Made by a program: the position numbers and the translations under genes. A stretch of 64,000 nt of DNA from the human T2T-CHM13v2.0 reference genome, Homo sapiens, in NCBI RefSeq assembly GCF_009914755.1, contig NC_060930.1. One strand, given 5' to 3'. The notes below the pieces were generated by a model. It saw only the letters and a list, made by a program, of their open reading frames with translations, did not search any database and was not told the DNA's origin. Shown here one piece after another: positions 42,241 through 56,742 of the stretch. Position 1 is the first letter of the stretch; each line of letters starts with the position of its first letter.

Positions 42241-45200
42241 ATAATGCTAACTAAAAAATGGTTGTAGATGAAAACTGGAAAGCAGAATATGGCAGGTAAA
42301 TGTAATTGAGGATTTTTCAACTTATAGGATAAATGTGAAAAAAAGTCAAAGATGCCTCAAAGGTTTAATTCTGGATAAGTCAGAGACTGCAAGTGCCATT
42401 AATCCAAACATGCAAGTCAACAAGAGTTGCTGATTTTGGAGCCAAAGCAATAAATTTGGGTTTGCTCAAGGTCCATGTATGTCATCCAAGTAGAGTGGTT
42501 ATTATGCAATTGAAAATGCATTTTACAAATCAGGGATAGAATTATAAATCCTAGAGTTTCATGGACGGATTGCACTGCTGAAGGGGGAACGACACCTCTT
42601 ACAAAATAAATTATAGTTCCAGAAATGAAGGAATCCCCACACCTCAATTGCCCCTAAGTCTTTCTTTTGAATGGTACCTCTCACATAGGTTTTATAAGTG
42701 AATCCTCTTGGTTTTCCTGTAGTGGCGTCACCATTTTCTGCCACATCTACTTTAGTTTATTCGCTCATAGCTCATTTTTCTCTTTAGGCCAAAAAACCAG
42801 CCACCTGCCCCTGCGTGACTGTGTTTACACAAAGCAATCAAAGGAATTGCAGACAGCATTCTTTTTCGCACCCCTTCATGTGTCAATGAAATGGCTCTTT
42901 TGTGGTGTGCTTACTCTCACTCTGACACACAGACCAAATCCAAAAGAGATAGACAGGAAAATAATTCATGATGCTGTCACTACGCTATATTTAGAAACTT
43001 TTGTAGAATGACAAATTTTCTCCCAGGGGATTTTTTAGTCCATGTTTGAATTCTTAATCTATCATTTCAAACAGCCCTCCAGGGACAAAGTGAACTTTTC
43101 CAGTATTTTCTGTTTCCTATCGCTTTATCTTCATTCTAAGAATGAGCAGCTAGACCACTTCCACAGATGCATTTCTATATTTTAGCTGCTCATGACTTTT
43201 CTTTTCGTATCCTCAAAGATGTATCCTCAGAACTTCAGGCTGTCCAGTACTACATCAATTCTCTCACTATCCTAGAAGTGGCCACTGGGACAAATGTTTT
43301 TTCTTAAATTTGATGTTGAAGAAAAATATTCTGTGACCTTGGTAACTGAGAAACTAGCAACATGCAGACCAGCTGGGAAACTATCTTAGTAACTTGAGTG
43401 AGAGGCTAAAACAGCACTATAAGACTAAAAATCCTAAACAACAACAAAAATAACTTAGAAATATTTTGAGATTTTGTCAAAGAGATTTATTTCGCTATTT
43501 TAAGTCAAAATTACCAAAACTCTAGAGATTTTACAAATCTTGGTGTCTGTTTCAGATAACTGCATAAGAATTATGGTTAAGAATTTTTGTTATATTTAGT
43601 AAATTTGTTACTTTTCTTCTGCAAAATTCTAGAGAGCATTGTGTGATATAGGGATGTTAGTATATTGACCATCATTGATTTATTTTTCTATCTCTAAATA
43701 CCAATTTAATTTATTTTCTTCCTAGCTTTCAAATGAGACATTTAATCAATCGATGACATAGGGTCAACTCTCACATTGGACATTGCTGATAAGCCTGAGG
43801 TAGGGGTCATGACCAACATAAGGAGGAGACCCTAATGAACTTCTCTTCCTTGGGTTTACAAAGAGCCTGAAGCTCCAATCAAACTACAAAAAGGAAGATA
43901 TGACTCATCCATTGCCAGTATTTTGCTCACTTTCCTTTCAAAAGTGAAACTCTGTGCCTCAATATAAGTTTTTTTCTTGTTCATTGTTTGCTTGTCTTGC
44001 GATTTGAGGGGAAGCAAAAAGGAATAAGAAGAACAAGGAAGAAGTATTTTCAGATTCTGACTAAAGAATGCCCCAGGAATAACTGAGTGAATCGCAGCGT
44101 GTAACTGGATATAAACACAAATACAGCTCTAGAAGCTGAAAATAATTTATTTGAGACATTTTTTTTCTCTAGCCAGTTCTGTTGAAAGTGGATTAAAAAA
44201 AATATATTTACACTATGTTTAGTAGATGCCAAAACATCTGGTAAAATAAATCTTTTAAGTAATTTAATATGCTTTATTTTAACTGCATTTTAAAATATTT
44301 TTTGTCTCCAACTATATAATTTAATTTTCTACACAGAATAATGGTTCAATAAATAAGTTACTGTAAGGTACTGATTTATCTTTGGTATTTACTATTTATG
44401 AGATTATATAAACTGCAAAATGTTCTGTATTTATATTTTTATAATTTTGATAATAAACAAATATTTATTAAGTGTGTATTATGTGCAGGATATATACAAG
44501 ACCTGGGGTAGACAATAGTGACAAGTCAATTGTCAGCACCTGTCTTCTTGGAATTGTAGTCCAATGTGCAATTCATATGTGCATTTAGTCTATAGAGTAA
44601 TCTGTTGGGGAAAGTTAGTTTAGCTGTGGGAGTATAGTGCAGGGAAGGCCAATCTGAAACCACAGATAAATCACAGTTCTCTGTATTAAGAAACTCAATG
44701 TCCACTGGAAAACAATACATAACGAAAATCAAACACAACCTAGATTTTCAATAGGATTTTATCATGTAGAGGATTTTCACTTTGAGACTTTAAAGGAAAA
44801 GATGTTTACAAATATATAGCTATATATTGCTACCCCTTAATGATTACTTATTCTCTGGTATTGTTTTTGAATTTATTTTTATCTGGAATATTATAATGCT
44901 TATAATCTAAAATCATGCCTTTAACTTCTTGAATTTCATAATTTATGGTCTTCTATTCAATTAACTAAATGTTTATTCAATGCTTACTAAGTGCCAGGCA
45001 TTGTATTCTGTGCTGAGACTAAAAATATACCAAAGACAAGGATTCCACTTGTAAAAAACTATCGTCTAATACACACATGGCCTTGTAAATGTCTCCAAGT
45101 ATTCTTGGTTTCAAAAATAAATATTTGACCAATCCTAAAATATAATGCTAAAATAAAAAATGTAATATCTAATGACTCAGTGAAAATAGTAAATTCATAT

Positions 45201-45319
45201 TATATTTGTTACAATTAAATTTGTGAGCAAGGTAAAAGGACCCATATTGGTAAATTATAAAAAATTAATTTAATTTAAATATTTCAATAACAGATTTATA
45301 AAATTACTCTAGCAGAACA

Positions 45320-45530
45320 GCTGTGGCATGGTGGATGGAGCACTGGACTTGTACTCAGCAAGTTCTTGTTGATTTACTTTGTAAACTTTGATCTGTAAAT
45401 TAGATGGACTTGCAAAAAGTTGAAATAGTATAATATTTATTTTACCTAGATTAAAGGGCTATTGTGAAGATTAAATGCGATCTGTGATAATTTATCAAGT
45501 GTAATACACGTGCAAGACATAATTATTATT
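45320..45530 (+). mobile_element. MIR
   Basis: gtggcatggtggatggagcactggacttg...ttgtgaagattaaatg. Confidence 0.55.
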
Positions 45531-46658
45531 TCATTTCTCATGGAAACCTCATCATAGTCTTGTAGCTAATGCTGACTCAATATTTTATTATCTATATTGT
45601 CAGTACACGCTCTGCAGAAATAAATGCAGATCTTTTACAAAACAAAATAACATTACACTTATTTTCACTCCTAATACAATGCACAGTATACATTGAGTAT
45701 AGGGTCCTGGCAATAGAGTAAAATCTTCCAACCTGTATGCTGAGTCATACTTTGCACCTAAGATGTAGGCCAGAAACATCAGGGCTGAGACAGATGTACT
45801 TTTAAAATGCCCTGACCACATTCCCATCTCCACTCCCTCTACAGGGCCAGCCATTGCAAAAGACTGTGTGATGATTTGCCTTTGAATCCCTTCTATTCTC
45901 TTGGTATGACCAATTATCAATCCAAAAGTATATGACAGAAGAAAATTCACTCCAGGTATGCCCGTGTATCATCCCTCTTTTGGAATTAGAGGATGAGGAG
46001 TTAGGATTGCAAGGTAACTTTGATTCTAGTTACTTCATATAATACTACTTAAGTTACTCAAATTTCAGTTTCAGTAAGCCCTTTAGGACTCATTTTACCT
46101 CTCTACTCTTAGCTTGAGAAACAAAGGGCTATCTCATGTTCCTTTTACTTTTGTCCACCAGGCAGTGGCTACTCAATAACGTATGCTCTCCCTGCCATCC
46201 CAAATTTAGCCAGTGAGTCAGTGTGTATTATGCCTCTCTGTCTCTCTCTCCCTCCATCCCTCCTTCCCTTTCTGCTTTCCTTTCTTTTTTGATAGTCTGC
46301 TTCTCTCTCTGAAGAAAAGTTGGCAGAACATTCTCATCTTTACATCTTTATTTTCCATATCAACAAACAACACCGAAGGAGTCTATCATATTTTTCTTAA
46401 GGGGTAGAGTCACTACAGACAATTTCTTTGTATAAGGAGATAGAGAAATTTCAATCTCTGCTCTAAATATGACTTTCCCAGAGCACAAGAGAAAAGCACC
46501 CCAAAGTTAAACTCCATTTAGATATCCCATTATCTGTTCTTGCTACCCTGTTCTCAATATACAACTCTCTGGTACCTCCTTTTTCTCATCAGCCTGGGAG
46601 GAAACCTTATTACTGTAGAGGTTGCCTCACTGTGAAATCCAGCTTTCTTTCTAATATG

Positions 46659-47040
46659 TGTATTAATCAGCTCAGGCTGTCATAACAAAATACCATAGAC
46701 TGAGTAACTTAAACAGACATCTATTTTCTTACAGTTCTGGGAGCTGGAATTCTGATTAGAATTCCAGCAGGGTTTGGTTTCTGGTGATGGCTCTCTTCTT
46801 GACTTGCAGATGGCCTCCTTGCTGTGTCCTCACATGGCCTGTCCTTAGTGCATCCACATGAATAGAGATCGCCCTCTCTCTGTCTCTGTTAATGAGGCCA
46901 CCAATCCTGTCGAATTAGGACCTCACCCTTATGACCTCATTTACCTTAATTACTTCCTAAAACCGTTCTCCAAATATAGTCACATATGAGCATAAGGTTT
47001 CAACATAAGAATGGGGGGAAATACAATTCAATCTTTAGCA
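46659..47040 (-). mobile_element. MLT1A-like LTR
   Basis: tgtattaatcagctcaggctgtcataacaaaataccatagactg...gctgtgtcctcacatggc...caatctttagca. Confidence 0.8.
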
Positions 47041-47242
47041 GTTTGTTTCTACTGATGTGTTTGATCCAGTGGGTCCCAAACTCCTAGAGGTGTCAGGGAA
47101 ATGACAGACATCCAATGCCAAGGCCACTGAGAGGCCACCATATCAGTGTATGCAGCATCTAATGGCTGCATACATTTATCTGATGTTTTCTGCTCAGTAC
47201 CTGCCTTCTGTTGTTGCTTCCCTGTCCTGTCATTCTTTTCTA

Positions 47243-47288
47243 TGTCTCTCTCTCTCTGCCTCTCTTTTCACTTTCTCTCTCTCTCACA

Positions 47289-47321
<33 letters not shown>
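47243..47321. repeat. (CT)n-(CA)n compound microsatellite
   Basis: ctctctctct...cacacacacac. Confidence 0.9.
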
Positions 47322-47324
<3 letters not shown>

Positions 47325-48289
47325 TCCAAGGATAAGTATTAATTTTCAGAGACAACATGTTCTAAGCTCCAGGACACAAACTAGAAGAATGCTGCCAGAG
47401 CCAGCAAGGTAATGTAAATATAAAATAGGATGAATTCAGCCTCTTTATCCTGTCTATATTCCTTTGTAACCCTTGATCTAAGTACATTAGAAGGAAGAGA
47501 AATATCTTCCTAACTAACCCATGATTGGTAAAACCAGCTTATTCCCAGAGGATTTTGTATCTACCATAATAATGAAGAACTAACAGGGTTATTTCTCTTC
47601 CTTTACCTGTCACCCTGCACTCCTTTCAACTGCACCCACTCCGGTCTGTGGAAAGAATAAGTGAGAATTCTTGTTTCACTGGGTGCACCCTGAAACCCTC
47701 AAAGTGGAAGTGAGTGTTTTTAAGTGTTTGGTTATATTCTCAACCAACTACCATTCTCTCTACTCTGTTTCACTCAGGGGTGGGGTTGGGTTGCTTTTCT
47801 TATTCCCACGGAATCCCTACTGCTTCCAGAAACAAAGAAAGCACAATGGAAGTTGATCAAAGTCTTGTTCTGCTGAGAATTGTTTCAACAGTAAAGGGCT
47901 GAGATGACATTGGGGAGTTTCTCCTTCTGATCAGCAATAAACACCCTCTCAGCTGCACCCCTGGCTCTCAGCCAGATGTAGCTTCATAAGGGCTCTCATC
48001 TTTAGATTGTCATGCAAATCTATTCTTTCTTCTTTTCTAGAGAGTAACCTAGGAAAAGCATCCTTCATGGAGTCAAATAGTTTCTTTCAGACTCTGTGCC
48101 CAGTAAATATTAGGTCTTCATGTATCATGTTATTTTGCCTTCATGTATCAAGTTCTGTAAATTATTTGGTCTTCATGTATCATATTCTGTAAACACAATG
48201 TCAGTTTCTTAATCTACCCTGCACTGTGCCTACCCCATGTCTACATTGCAACCCCTGCATGCTCACATACATTGACGTGAGCCTATCTC

Positions 48290-48590
48290 CAATATTGAAG
48301 GGCCTGAGACAAAAGGACAAAGGGAGGCCACATACCATAGGTTTAAATGTACTTATAAATTAAACTAATAATATTCAACCAATATGTTCCATTCTCCTAC
48401 TCTCAAAACATTCTGGAAGCTCGTGTTTGAATTTAGAATTCTTGGACTTTTCAGAATTCATTGTGGTAGTGTGGGGAGCATCACCCTGTCCACACTGCAC
48501 TGCAACCCACCTTCTTGTCACCTCCTAACTCTGTTTCAAATGTCAGAACCCCACCCACCGCCTGCAAACACGCACAGGTGCTTGTCCATT
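48290..48590 (+). mobile_element. Probable old hAT-Tip100 DNA transposon fragment (MER115/Zaphod-like)
   Basis: acaaagggaggccacataccata...tatgttccattctcctac...tttagaattcttggact resembles a remembered consensus; not verified. Confidence 0.35.
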
Positions 48591-49332
48591 TTGGAAGAGA
48601 ATGATAAATTTGAACCTCAGTTTATTTAGGTATAATATTAAACCCATGATATGTATAAGATAGAGCTGTCCAGATACTTAAATTAAGTGTTTTGAGCACT
48701 GGGTTTTGTACATAGCAGGCTCTCAATAAATGGTTGTTTTCCTCATTTCTTGTAATTTTCCCTTCTCACGTACTATTATTCTATGTCACAGTTGAAGAAA
48801 TGGAAACATGGACAAAGAATGGGTTTCAATCCACATGTGATATCCTGCCCCTTTTGTGTTAGGCATGCTATAATGAAAATGCTACATGTCCAAGTACAGA
48901 AAACCTTTTAACATTAATTAAAAACTTCAGTGCAGATCCATATGGAAACCCATACCTTTCTCCCCTAATCTTCCAGACACTAATCTACTTTTTCTGAAAA
49001 GTAGACAAGAGAGGAAATACAAAAAGGAACAGGAATAATAACCAAGTCTCAGGGTGTGTATGTGGATAACTTTTTAATTAGGAGAAGGAAACAGTTAAAT
49101 TTAGCCTGAGATGTGGGACTCCTATTTTTATCACTCACTTTTCTAGGAAAGCTGATATTTGGCTTTGCCAATAGAGAAAAGTCACATGTTATGAAGATGG
49201 CTGTGAAGGTAAATTTCAACAGCTATTCAGTACCTGCTGGTAATCCCAGATGTCAGGTAGAAGATACTGAGGTGAGAGTTAGTAGAAAAGGAGGGGAAGC
49301 CCACAGGTTAGCTTCCAGAGGACGTCCTGGGC

Positions 49333-50570
49333 TTTCTTTTTTTTTTTTTTTTTTTCTGTTTGCTCTTTCTTTATTATTATTATTATTATTATACTTTAAG
49401 TTTTAGGATACATGTGCACAACGTGCAGGTTTGTTACATATGTATACATGTGCCATGTTGGTGTGCTGCACCCATTAACTCATCATTTAGCATTAGGTAT
49501 ATCTCCTAATGCTATCCCTCCCCACTCCCCCCACCCCACAACAGTCCCCAATGTGTGATGTTCCCCTTCCTGTGTCCATGTGTTCTCATTGTTCAATTCC
49601 CACCTATGAGTGAGAACATGCGGTGTTTGGTTTTTTGTCCTTGCGATAGTTTGCTGAGAATGATGGTTTCCAGCTTTATCCATGTCCCTGCAAAGGACAT
49701 GAACTCATCATTTTTTATGGCTGCATAGTATTCCATGGTGTATATGTGCCACATTTTCTTAATCCAGTCTATCATTGTTGGGCATTTGGGTTGGTTCCAA
49801 GACTTTGCTATTGTGAATAGTGCCGCAATACATGTACGTGTGCATGTGTCTTTATAGCAGCATGATTTATAATCCTTTGCGTATATACCCAGTAATGGGC
49901 TGGCTGGGTCAAATGGTATTTCTAGTTCTAGATCCCTGAGGAATGGCCACACCAACTTCCACAATGGTTGAACTAGTTTACAGTCCCACCAACAGTGTAA
50001 AAGTGTTCCTATTTCTCCACATCCTCTCCAGCACCTGTTGTTTCCTGACTTTTTAATGATCGCCATTCTAACTGGTGTGAGATGGTATCTCATTGTGGTT
50101 TTGATTTGCATTTCTCTGATGGCCAGTGATGATGAGCATTTTTTCATGTGCTTTTTGGCTGCATAAATGTCTTCTTTTGAGAAGTGTCTGTTCATATCCT
50201 TTGCCCACTTTTTGATGGGGTTGTTTGTTTTTTTCTTGTAGATTTGTTGGAGTTCATTGTAGATTCTGGATATTAGCCGTTTGTCAGATGAGTAGGTTGC
50301 AAACATTTTCTCCCATTCTGTAGGTTGCCTGTTCACTCTGATGGTGGCTTCTCTTACTGTGCAGAAGCTCTTTAGTTTAATTAGATCCTATTTGTCAGTT
50401 CTGGCTTTTGTTGCCATTGCTTTTTTGTGTTTTAGACATGAAGTCCTTGCCCGTGCCTATGTCCTGAATGGTACTGCCTAGGTTTTCTTCTAGGGTTTTT
50501 ATGGTTTTACATCTAACATGTAAGTCTTTAATCCATCTTGAATTAATTTTGCCTTGTCATGTCTCCAACC
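49333..50570 (-). mobile_element. 5'-truncated L1PA3/L1PA4 (~1.2 kb)
   Basis: Poly-T/(TTA)n tail, 3' UTR, ORF2 C-terminus ORF 49593-50336; ends at cttgaattaatttt; no clear TSD. Confidence 0.95.
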
Positions 50571-50649
50571 TCAATTTATATCATTCTAATTCAGCCATGC
50601 AGGCTTGTGTTCTAATGGAGCTTTTTATAAAACAAACAAAAAAACCCCG

Positions 50650-52150
50650 ACTTGATTGAGATATAATTCACATACCATATAATTCATTCACTTAATATGT
50701 ATAATTTCATGATTTGTAGTATATTCTCAGATATGCATAGCCATACCACAGTCTATTTTAGAATATTTTTATCACCTCAAAAAACGGTATACCCATTAGC
50801 TACTATCAGTTCCCTATCCTGCTATCCCCCACCTCCATCACTAAGCAACCACTAATCTACTTTATGTTTCTTTATTTTCGTATTCTAGATTTTCACATGA
50901 ATGAAGTAAAGTAATAAGTTTTCTTTTGTGACTGTCTTCTTTCACCATAATGTTTTCAAGTTTTATTTATATTATAGCATGTATCAGTCAGTACTTCCTT
51001 TCTTTTTATGGTCAAATAATATTCCATTGTATTGATATACCATACATTGTTTATAAATCTATTAATGTACATTTGGGTTGTTTCTACCTTTTGGCTATCA
51101 TGAATAATGCTGTTATAAGCATTCATGTCCAAGTTTTTATGTGGACATATATTTCCACATCTCTTTAATATACTTCTATTAGTAGAATTTCTGGGTCATA
51201 TGGTATCTATATGCTTAATTGTTTTAGAAACTATCTATCTGTTTTCCAAAGAAGTTGTGCCATTTTACATTCCTACCCACAGTGTATGACAATTCTAATC
51301 TCTCCATATCCTTGCCAACACTTGTTGTTATCTGACTTTTTAGTTATAGCATCTGCAATGAACTGAATGTTTATGTTCCCCCAAAATTTATATGTCTAAA
51401 TCTTAGATCCCAAGGTGATAGCACTAGGAAGTGAGGCCTTTGGGATGCAATTAGATTGTGAGAACAGAGCCGTCATGAATGGGATTCGCGCCCTTATAAA
51501 AGAGATCCCAGAGAGCTAGCTCACCCTTTCCACCATATGAGGATGCAGAGAGGAGGTGCTGTCTATGAGGAAGCATGGCCTCACCATACTTCAAATATGT
51601 TCATGCCTTGATCTTGGACTTCTCAGCCTCCAGAACTGAGGGACATAAATTTATATTGTTTGCAAGCCACTCATCTTAAGGCACTTTCGTTGGAGCATCT
51701 TAAATGGACTAAAATATCCTACTGGATGTGAAATGTTATCTCATTGATGTTTTCATTTACATTTCCTAGATTACTCAAGACAAAAAGCATAATTTTATGT
51801 ACTTATTGGCCATTTTTATATTGTCTTTGGAGAAGTGCCTGTTCAAATTCTTTCTCTATTTTTAATTGGGTTGCCTTTTCAATATTGACTTCTTAGAATT
51901 GTTTATACGTTCTAGACAGATTATGATTTGCAAGTATTTGCCCTCATTCTATATATTGTCTTTTCACTTGTTTGATGGTGTCCCTTAAGCACAATAGCTT
52001 TTAATTTGAAGAAGACTAATTTATCTATTTTTATCTTTTGTTGATCTTGATTGTGCTTCTGAAATTGTCTAGGACTTTTTTTGCTAAATACAAGTTCATA
52101 AAAATTTATCTCACTGTTTTCCTCTAAGAGTTTACAGTCTTAGCCTTTAA
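50650..52150 (-). mobile_element. L1MB-like 3' fragment split by an MLT1A
   Basis: ttgagatataattcacataccat...ctaagcaaccactaatctactt...tttggagaagtgcctgttc. Confidence 0.8.
51354..51715 (+). mobile_element. MLT1A0-like LTR
   Basis: gaactgaatgtttatgttcccc...gcccttataaaagagatcccagagagc...cagcctccagaactgag. Confidence 0.8.
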
Positions 52151-54109
52151 CTGTTATTTTCTCTGCCTCAGATACTTTTCATCTGGCACTTACCATGGTT
52201 AGTGTTTTCACTTTTCAGATCTTTTCTCAAAAGTCATGTCTTCAGAAAGGTCTTTGTTGAGCATTCTATCTAATTTTGACTTTTCTTTCCATATATTTCT
52301 TTATCACAATACCATAATTATTTCCTTTAAAGCAGTTTCCACAATCAGAAATATATCATCTATTTACTTACTTACTTATTGTCAGTTTCTACCTACTAAA
52401 ATATAATCTCCCAAAGTGCTGGGTTATGGTTGGCTTCCTAGCACTAGCACTTCTTATATGCCCAATAAATAATACATTAATGAATGGAGAGTGACAAAAA
52501 GAAAACTCATGCAGGGTCAGAGACAGGGGGAAATTCCTGATGAGCCTAATAGTAGGTGAATCTATGGCTTGTGTTAATATATTCATCTATTAAGCAGATA
52601 TTTAAAAGATGTGTTCTGCCTATATTTGAAGATCAAGGTAAGACACTGGGATCAGCATCCAAACAGAAGTTTAGAAAAAAATAAAAGAGATAATTAAGCA
52701 GCAGAAATCGGGATACAGAAAATGAGGCTGATATTTAAAGATCACCTTGAAATTATTGATCTAGTCACAAACGGTCAATTCTGTGAATACAGAAGTAATT
52801 TACACAAAGTAAATGCATTACAACTTGAAATAATTTCCACAAGATAATGCATATTCCACTAAAAATTTAATTAAAAATAAATGATTATGAAACTCTGTTC
52901 TTTGAATATAAAATTCTTTTTTTCTGAGAACTTGTAAAATTTTCTAGCTTTCAACAACATGAGTAAAAATGCCTTTCTTACATCTTCTCACACAAAATTA
53001 TGCTATACTATAGGAGCTATCAATCTCTAGGTCCATGATTCTTAAAATTTTGATATTATCTTATATCACCTTCTGAGTGTACACCATTCTGTTTACTATC
53101 AATTTAGACATTATTGTTTCCTGATGTTTCTGCCACAATAGTTTTCAGGGTCATCTACAATTACCAGCCTAGATCATGACATCAGTAGGATTACTACATC
53201 TTTCAACCAATATTTCTGCTTCTAGATATTTTCCACTGCAGTCTCTTTTTCTCATTCTCACCTGAAATATATTTCAGAAACACTAGTTCATTTCTTTACT
53301 TCCTCATCAAGGAAGCTCTTCCAGGTATTTTAATTGAAATCTACCTCCAGGCTAGAATTTCAAGCTCTTGGTGAACTACGCCAAATTTCTGTCTCTCTGC
53401 TAGTTATGGTTAATTCTTCGCTATCTGTTGGACTTGCCAGGATTATTCTTCCTTTGCCCATTCTTTCTTATCAATCTAGAACACCTCTCTGCTTCCCTCT
53501 GTTTATCTAAATTTTATTTTGTTTTATGGCATTTGACAATTTAGGTCTCATTTTCCCTGTTCCTGCTCTTACCCGCTCTGCACAGCTAGAACCACAGATA
53601 TCTTAATGTAAAGGTTCAGTCTCTTTCCAACCAACAATCCAGTCTTAACAAGAGTCAAAAAATTTTCAAAGGAATATTATCAGTTTTTAAATGGCTTTTA
53701 AAAAGGAAGACATTTAAGCATGTTTTTACATAGAAGAGGGGGAACTAGAGGCGAGAGAGCAAATAAACTTACAGTCAAGATAGAGAAGGATTCCATGCAA
53801 AAAGTATAGAGGAGACAGAAGCAACAAAGAAATGGCAGAGTGATAGTGATGGTATATTTAATAGTGATAGAAAGGAAAAAATACATTTTTTCCACTGTGG
53901 TAAAAAGAAGAAAGACTGCGTTTAAATTAAGAGAGAAATTGAGGTTGTGAGGAAGAAAATTAGAGAAACTCTTGTTAAAGCTGTACCACTTAGAAGATCT
54001 TATATGAGAGCTGCACAAAGGATTAAAGTGGAGTCAATGATGTATATCAAGCAGAAATAAAAAATATTTTAGTGTAGTGCCAGCTTCTGCAGGGTCTCTA
54101 AAATTAGGT

Positions 54110-54320
54110 TTGTCGCACTGATTATGGAGACAGACTGACCTGCATTTTACTCTTAAAATTGACTCTGCAGTCCTTGACAAACTAGGTCACTGAAAATGCT
54201 TCAGTGTCCTGATCTGTTGATTGGGTCTTTGTGAGAATTGAATGAAGTAATGTATGTGAAGTACTTAGCACAATGTTTGGCACATGGTAGGAACACAATT
54301 GATTTTGCTGTCATTATTCA
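54110..54320 (+). mobile_element. MIR
   Basis: tggagacagactgacctg...ttgtgagaattgaatgaagtaatgtatgtgaagtacttagcaca. Confidence 0.6.
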
Positions 54321-56016
54321 TCAATCAGTTATCTGAAATGCTGACAATTTTCTGAAACATCGCAGTTTTTTTTTTTATGAGACCCAGAGGAATCCCGTAC
54401 CCATAATTAAAAATGTATCAGGGAGAAGACTTCCCCTAGAACAAGAGATGAACGACTAAGAAAGGTACATGCTTCAGTTTACATTTTTGCATTAATGGCT
54501 TAAAATGACTAAATGATGTTTGTCCTAATTAACATTACATGATAATTATATGTATAGGATCCTTTCATTCACAGTATTCTTTGTCAGAGAAAATATTTAT
54601 TAGTGAAATTCTAAACTTCATGAATTAAAAAGAAAAAATACATGCAAGCTATATTTGTGACCAATGGCTCATGTGCAGAGCAACAAGGGAAGAAGAGTTA
54701 ATTTTTAAAGGAAAAAGTTTTAAAATTGGATCATATTGAGGAACTGTAATTCAACAGTCCATGGGATTTACCAACAAAAATATCAAGAAAATAAAATAAT
54801 AGTTTCTGTTTCAGAGAGAGGAATACTACAAGTTGATGAATAAATTCTGGGAATTACTCAAATGCTGAAAGCAGCTTTTAAAGTTCAAAATTAGTTCTAA
54901 TGTTATCAAAAACACTGCAGTAAGATGCCTCAATTTATTCAAAAAGAATAGAATGAAAAGATTTGTTAGACAGAAGAATGCAGGAGATATTGGATGGGAG
55001 AGTCCCTGGAAGGCCCTTGAAACTCAATCAAGAGCCATATTCCATGTTGAAATAATGAATCCTTAAATGTCTAAGAGAAAATTACTTCATTTTTCTAACA
55101 TTTGAAAAATGCATCTCTTCAGCCATTCAGTGTCTATTCTAGCCCTTTGGGTGTACCAAGGTAATAAAGAAATGGCTGTGTTTGCTTGTGAGAAGTTAAA
55201 GAGAATATTTTTAATGACACGGATATTCTAGTGACAGTGAAATAGACAGACATGGAGGATGGTTTTATTGAACATCATTGTACATACTAGGAGCATGTCT
55301 GGGCACCTCTCTTATGCATCTCTTCTATCCTCATAATCCCACCTCTTACCGTGGCCCACCTTTTACCCCAGCCATCCCTCCAGATGCTAGTTTCCCAAGG
55401 CATGACTAGCTTCTCACAGGTGCAATCTAATAGGCCCTCCCTTGCGCCTGCACACTTTCTGCCCCAGTGTCTTAGAAATCTATTTGGCACTCATGCAGAA
55501 GTGTGGGGTTTTGGCCAGGGTGGGTACATTAGACCAATAGGAAATGGAAGCCAATTCTGAAGTGCATTTTATAAGATTCCTCAGCAGTGAAGTACTCATA
55601 CTCTCTACTCACAGAATTGGCCCCCAAGATAGATAGATGTTTTTGTTCCTACTTTTTCTCTGTGTACTCAAGTGTCCCTCACTCTTGCATCCTAGGCTTA
55701 CATTCCCAAATAAATTAAACCCAAGTCTCCATCTCAGCCTCTACTTCAAGAGAACGCAGGCAAAGACAGAGCAGTTACTTCTGCCTTTTACACAATAGTT
55801 TTTCTTTTTTATTCATTTTCAGAAAATAATCAAAGTTAGTTTTTGCTCCAGTAACCATATAGCTCTACATACTTTATTTAATTGGTTATTCTGTGTGTTT
55901 ACTTTAAAACGCAAACGACAGGCAATAAAGTTGAATCTACATTAGATAGAAAAAAAGTTCTCAAAACTAACACCATTGTCTTTCTTTGTGCCAAGACAGA
56001 TTTAATCCATAGCCCA

Positions 56017-56222
56017 TGTGTAAATGTCAGTTTTATGTGTCCACTTGGCTAGGCTATAATACCCAGTAATACAACCGAACACCAACCTAGGTGTTGCTGT
56101 GAATGTTATTTTGTAGATATGGTTAACATCTACGATCAGCTTTCTTCAAGTAAAAGAGATTACCCTGGATAATGTGGGTGGGGGTCATCTAATCAGTTGA
56201 AAGACTTTAAAAGCAGAAACTA
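56017..56222 (+). mobile_element. MLT2B-like (ERVL) LTR 5' part, interrupted by an L1
   Basis: ttttatgtgtccacttggctaggctata...ctggataatgtgggtggg...aatcagttgaaagactttaaaagcagaaact. Confidence 0.75.
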
Positions 56223-56742
56223 GATGGCTGGCTAGAAGCACTGGTGGTGAGGCTCTCACAGAGAGGAAACGGAGTGGTGAGTAAACACTAGCTTTTTAAG
56301 TGCATCATCCAGGGGGCCACATTGGGATTCATTAAGGAAGCAATGTCAATCCATGGATAGCAGAGAGGAGTGAGGCAGGACAGCTGCCTCTCTGGGATTG
56401 ATGTGGAGCGAGGGGAGATGCCCTATGGAGGGGAAGGGTGAGTGAGTGAAAACCCTCAGAAGCCATACTTCTGCCACTGATCTTTGTAATCCCAGGGACA
56501 GGAGGTCCCCCTGACCCACTCAAGACCTCCAGACCAACATGGAGAGCAGCTCAGGGCAAAGCCACTGCTCAGGCCCACATGGAGCCCCATGAACCTTGGG
56601 TCCATGAGCAACCTGGAGCCAGCTGCTGTAGACCTGCCAACAAGAGAGGCTACACTCTTGCATACCCCCAGCATAGGGGCCACATCCACGGTGCTGAGGA
56701 GAAGATAGCCTTCAGGCTTCATCTCTGCTGCACCTCGCCAGG

